A stretch of DNA of 64,000 nt, taken from Bryobacterales bacterium. GTDB taxonomy: Bacteria > Acidobacteriota > Terriglobia > Bryobacterales > UBA6623. The stretch is taken from contig OY729428.2 in assembly GCA_963422375.2 (NCBI GenBank), forward strand, positions 1,728,001 to 1,792,000. Direction: 5' to 3'. The notes under the pieces are model-generated. The model saw nothing but the letters and a program-made list of their open reading frames with translations. It was not told the origin of the DNA and did not search any database. The stretch's first letter is position 1, and each line of letters starts with the position of its first letter. A program made the translations under genes and the position numbers. Below are positions 61,447 through 64,000 of this stretch, one piece after another.

Positions 61447-62826
61447 ATGCCCCTGCGCGCCGACCGTCGCCCCGCGAGCCGGCGGGATTTCGTGCAGTCG
61501 CTTTGCGGAGGCTTCGGTGCCGTCGGCCTGGCCGCCCTGCTTGCGGAGCAGCTGGGCGCTGCGAACCGCCGCCCGCCCGGACCGCATTTCGAGCCCAGGG
61601 CCAAGCACGTCGTGTTCCTGTTCATGACGGGCGGCCCGTCGCACATGGACTTGCTGGATCCCAAGCCGGCGCTGCTGGAATACCAGGGCCAGCGGCCCGA
61701 ATCGGCGAATCTCCGCACTGAGCGCATGACGGGCGGCCTGCTCCCGTCGCCCTTCGCATACGCCCGCCACGGGCAGAGCGGCATCGAGGTCAGCGAGCTG
61801 CTGCCGAACCTGGCTCGGGTGGTTGACGAGCTATGCGTCATTCGCTCCATGCACACGTTCAACCCGACGCACGGGCCGGCGCGGAACCTGATCCACTCGG
61901 GGAACATCGCTGCGACGAGGCCCTCCCTCGGCGCTTGGATCTCGTACGGCCTCGGAACGGAGAACCGCAACCTGCCAGGATTCGTAGTCCTCAGCCCGGG
62001 CCACCGTGGCGGCAACCTCTGGCGCTCGGGATTCCTGCCCGCCGAGCACCAAGGCACCCATTTCGATCACGCCCAGACCGATCCGGAGCAGATGATCCAG
62101 TACCTGCGCAATGACGCGCTGGATGCCACTTCGCAGAGGCGTCAGCTCGACCTGATCCAGGCGCTGAACCGGGACCACCGCGAGCGGTTCGGCCGCGACG
62201 CGTATCTTGACGCCCGGATTCGGTCGATGGAGACTGCCTACCGGATGCAGTTCGAGGCGTTGGACGTGTTCGACGTTCGCAACGAGCCCGCGGGCATCCG
62301 GGAGGAATACGGCGACACCCCGTTCGCCAACGGCTGCCTCCTCGCCCGCCGGCTGGTCGAGCGCGGCGTGCGGTACGTTCACGTCTACTACGGGCCCGGC
62401 CAGCCGTGGGACGACCACAAGGCTATCAACAAGAACCTGCGCGATCGCTGCCCCGACATGGACAGGGGCTCCGCCGCGCTCATCCGGGATCTCAAGCGGC
62501 GCGGGCTGCTCGAGGAGACCTTGGTCGTGTGGGGAGGGGAATTCGGGCGCACCCCAGTCTCGGAGGCCGGCGACGGCCGCGATCACAACCCCTACGGTTT
62601 CACCATGTGGCTGGCGGGCGGCGGGATGCGCGGCGGCGTGGCGCACGGGGCCACCGACGACTTCGGGTTCCAAGCCGTCGAGGATCGCGTCAGCGTCCAC
62701 GATCTCCACGCCACGATGCTCGACCGCCTCGGCTTCGATCACGAGCGGCTGACCTACCGCTACGCGGGCCGGGACTTCCGTCTGACGGATGTCCACGGGG
62801 AGGTCGTGCGCGAGCTGACGGTATGA
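61447..62826 (+). CDS. DUF1501 protein (Tat-exported)
   Basis: SRRDFV, FMTGGPSHMD, YGLGTENRNLP, GEFGRTP, GRDHN, GRDFRLTDV. Confidence 0.93.
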   Translation: MPLRADRRPASRRDFVQSLCGGFGAVGLAALLAEQLGAANRRPPGPHFEPRAKHVVFLFMTGGPSHMDLLDPKPALLEYQGQRPESANLRTERMTGGLLPSPFAYARHGQSGIEVSELLPNLARVVDELCVIRSMHTFNPTHGPARNLIHSGNIAATRPSLGAWISYGLGTENRNLPGFVVLSPGHRGGNLWRSGFLPAEHQGTHFDHAQTDPEQMIQYLRNDALDATSQRRQLDLIQALNRDHRERFGRDAYLDARIRSMETAYRMQFEALDVFDVRNEPAGIREEYGDTPFANGCLLARRLVERGVRYVHVYYGPGQPWDDHKAINKNLRDRCPDMDRGSAALIRDLKRRGLLEETLVVWGGEFGRTPVSEAGDGRDHNPYGFTMWLAGGGMRGGVAHGATDDFGFQAVEDRVSVHDLHATMLDRLGFDHERLTYRYAGRDFRLTDVHGEVVRELTV

Positions 62827-64000
62827 GGCTCCCCGCACTGCTGGCGGCCATCGCGGCGGCCGCGTCGGCGCAGAGTCCGGAGATCGAGCACTTTGAGCGC
62901 CGAATCAGGCCGGTGCTAGCGGAGCAGTGCGAGCCCTGTCATTCGTCCAGTCTGCCCGAGCCGATGGGCGGCCTGCGCGCGGACAGCCGCGAGGGCTTGC
63001 TGGCAGGCGGGCAGTCCGGACCGGCCGTCGTGCCCGGATCGCCCGACTCGAGCCTTGTCATGAAGGCCTTGCTCTATCGCGACCCCGCGCTCAAGATGCC
63101 GCCTTCTGGCAGGCTGCCGGACAGGGTGGTGGACGACTTTCGGGCGTGGATCGCGGCCGGAGCGCCGGACTCCCGCGGCCGGCCAATGGCGGACGCGGCG
63201 AACACCTCCGGGGAATCGGACGGACCGGGCACACCGATTGACGAGGGGCGCCAATGGTGGGCGTTCCAGCCCTTGCAGGAGCGGGTCTCCCCGGCGCTTT
63301 CCGATCCTGCTTGGACCCTGAGGAAGATCGACGCGTTCGTGCTCGCAAGGCTCGAGCGCCACGGCCTGCGACCGTCCCCCGAGGCGAACCCGAGAACCTT
63401 GGTGCGGAGGGCCTTCCTCGATCTGACAGGGCTGCCCCCGACCTACGCACAGGTTGAGAGCTACGCACGAAACTGGTCGCCCGAAGCCTACGCGGAGTTA
63501 ATCGATGAGTTGCTGCGGTCCCCCCGCTACGGAGAGCGCTGGGGACGGTACTGGTTGGACGTGGCCCGCTGGGCCGAGGACCACCCGACTACCGAGGCCA
63601 CCAACCGTCCCTTCGACTTCGCTTGGCGTTACAGGGACTGGGTGATCGAGGCCGTCAACACGGACATCCCGTACGACCGCTTTGTTCGCATGCAGTTCGC
63701 GGCGGACCTGCTCCCCGGCTTCGTCCCGTCCGACATGCGGGCGCTCGGCTACCTCGGCAATGCGCCGGTCTATCACAAGGACCGCCGCCTGTCCGGCGAC
63801 GTGATAGAGACGATCGCCAGCGACGACTGGGACGAGCGGGTCGACGCGGTGACGCGCGGCCTGCTGGGCCTGACCGTCGCCTGTGCCCGCTGCCACGACC
63901 ACAAGTTCGATCCGATCACCGCTGAGGACTACTACGGGCTCGCCGGGGTCTTCGCCAGCATGTGGCCGGCCAGCCGTCCCATGGTCGCGATGAAGGCCGA
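62823..64000 (+). CDS. PSD1/planctomycete cytochrome c protein, partial (runs off the window)
   Basis: Not in the ORF track. ATG 62823 overlaps the upstream TGA; FERRIRPVL..CEPCH, KMPP, WWAFQP, YGERWGRYWLDVAR, CARCHDHKFDPI. Confidence 0.9.
   Translation, partial: MRLPALLAAIAAAASAQSPEIEHFERRIRPVLAEQCEPCHSSSLPEPMGGLRADSREGLLAGGQSGPAVVPGSPDSSLVMKALLYRDPALKMPPSGRLPDRVVDDFRAWIAAGAPDSRGRPMADAANTSGESDGPGTPIDEGRQWWAFQPLQERVSPALSDPAWTLRKIDAFVLARLERHGLRPSPEANPRTLVRRAFLDLTGLPPTYAQVESYARNWSPEAYAELIDELLRSPRYGERWGRYWLDVARWAEDHPTTEATNRPFDFAWRYRDWVIEAVNTDIPYDRFVRMQFAADLLPGFVPSDMRALGYLGNAPVYHKDRRLSGDVIETIASDDWDERVDAVTRGLLGLTVACARCHDHKFDPITAEDYYGLAGVFASMWPASRPMVAMKA

Noticed and set aside
1..64000. CRISPR array, tRNA or rRNA genes
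   Set aside because: No regularly spaced repeats or RNA gene signatures seen; the repeats found are IS ends

Overview
High-GC bacterial chromosomal window. The gene content (Oar-type TonB-dependent receptors, PSD1/planctomycete-cytochrome + DUF1501 pairs, DUF1080, cytochrome c-PQQ protein) suggests Acidobacteriota, probably Bryobacterales-like; this is an inference. Bases 1-21 kb hold housekeeping and metabolic genes (sppA, efp, amidase, FAH, SDR, enolase-superfamily enzyme, gcvT-H-PA-PB) mixed with decayed accessory remnants (wHTH + higBA, a SIR2/NTPase-like relic, phoX). At 21.0-26.3 kb, divergent from gcv, is a compact four-gene operon: an unknown protein, a degenerate BrxD/DUF2791-like ATPase, an intact BrxD/DUF2791-like ATPase and a SNF2 helicase with a 1-bp frameshift. 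It is the best candidate for an undescribed defence system. Bases 26-35 kb carry periplasmic redox genes. Bases 38-56.8 kb are an IS graveyard: three IS1595 types, two ISNCY types, IS630 and a group II intron relic, many with readable TIRs and TSDs. These are nested in each other and in a TonB receptor gene, a CRTAC1-like gene and a probable type II R-M system. The IS copies show recurrent CTGG/CCAG->CCGG substitutions and 8-12 bp micro-duplications that I did not notice in host genes. No rRNA, tRNA or CRISPR array was recognised. All family assignments come from motif recognition by eye, not database searches.
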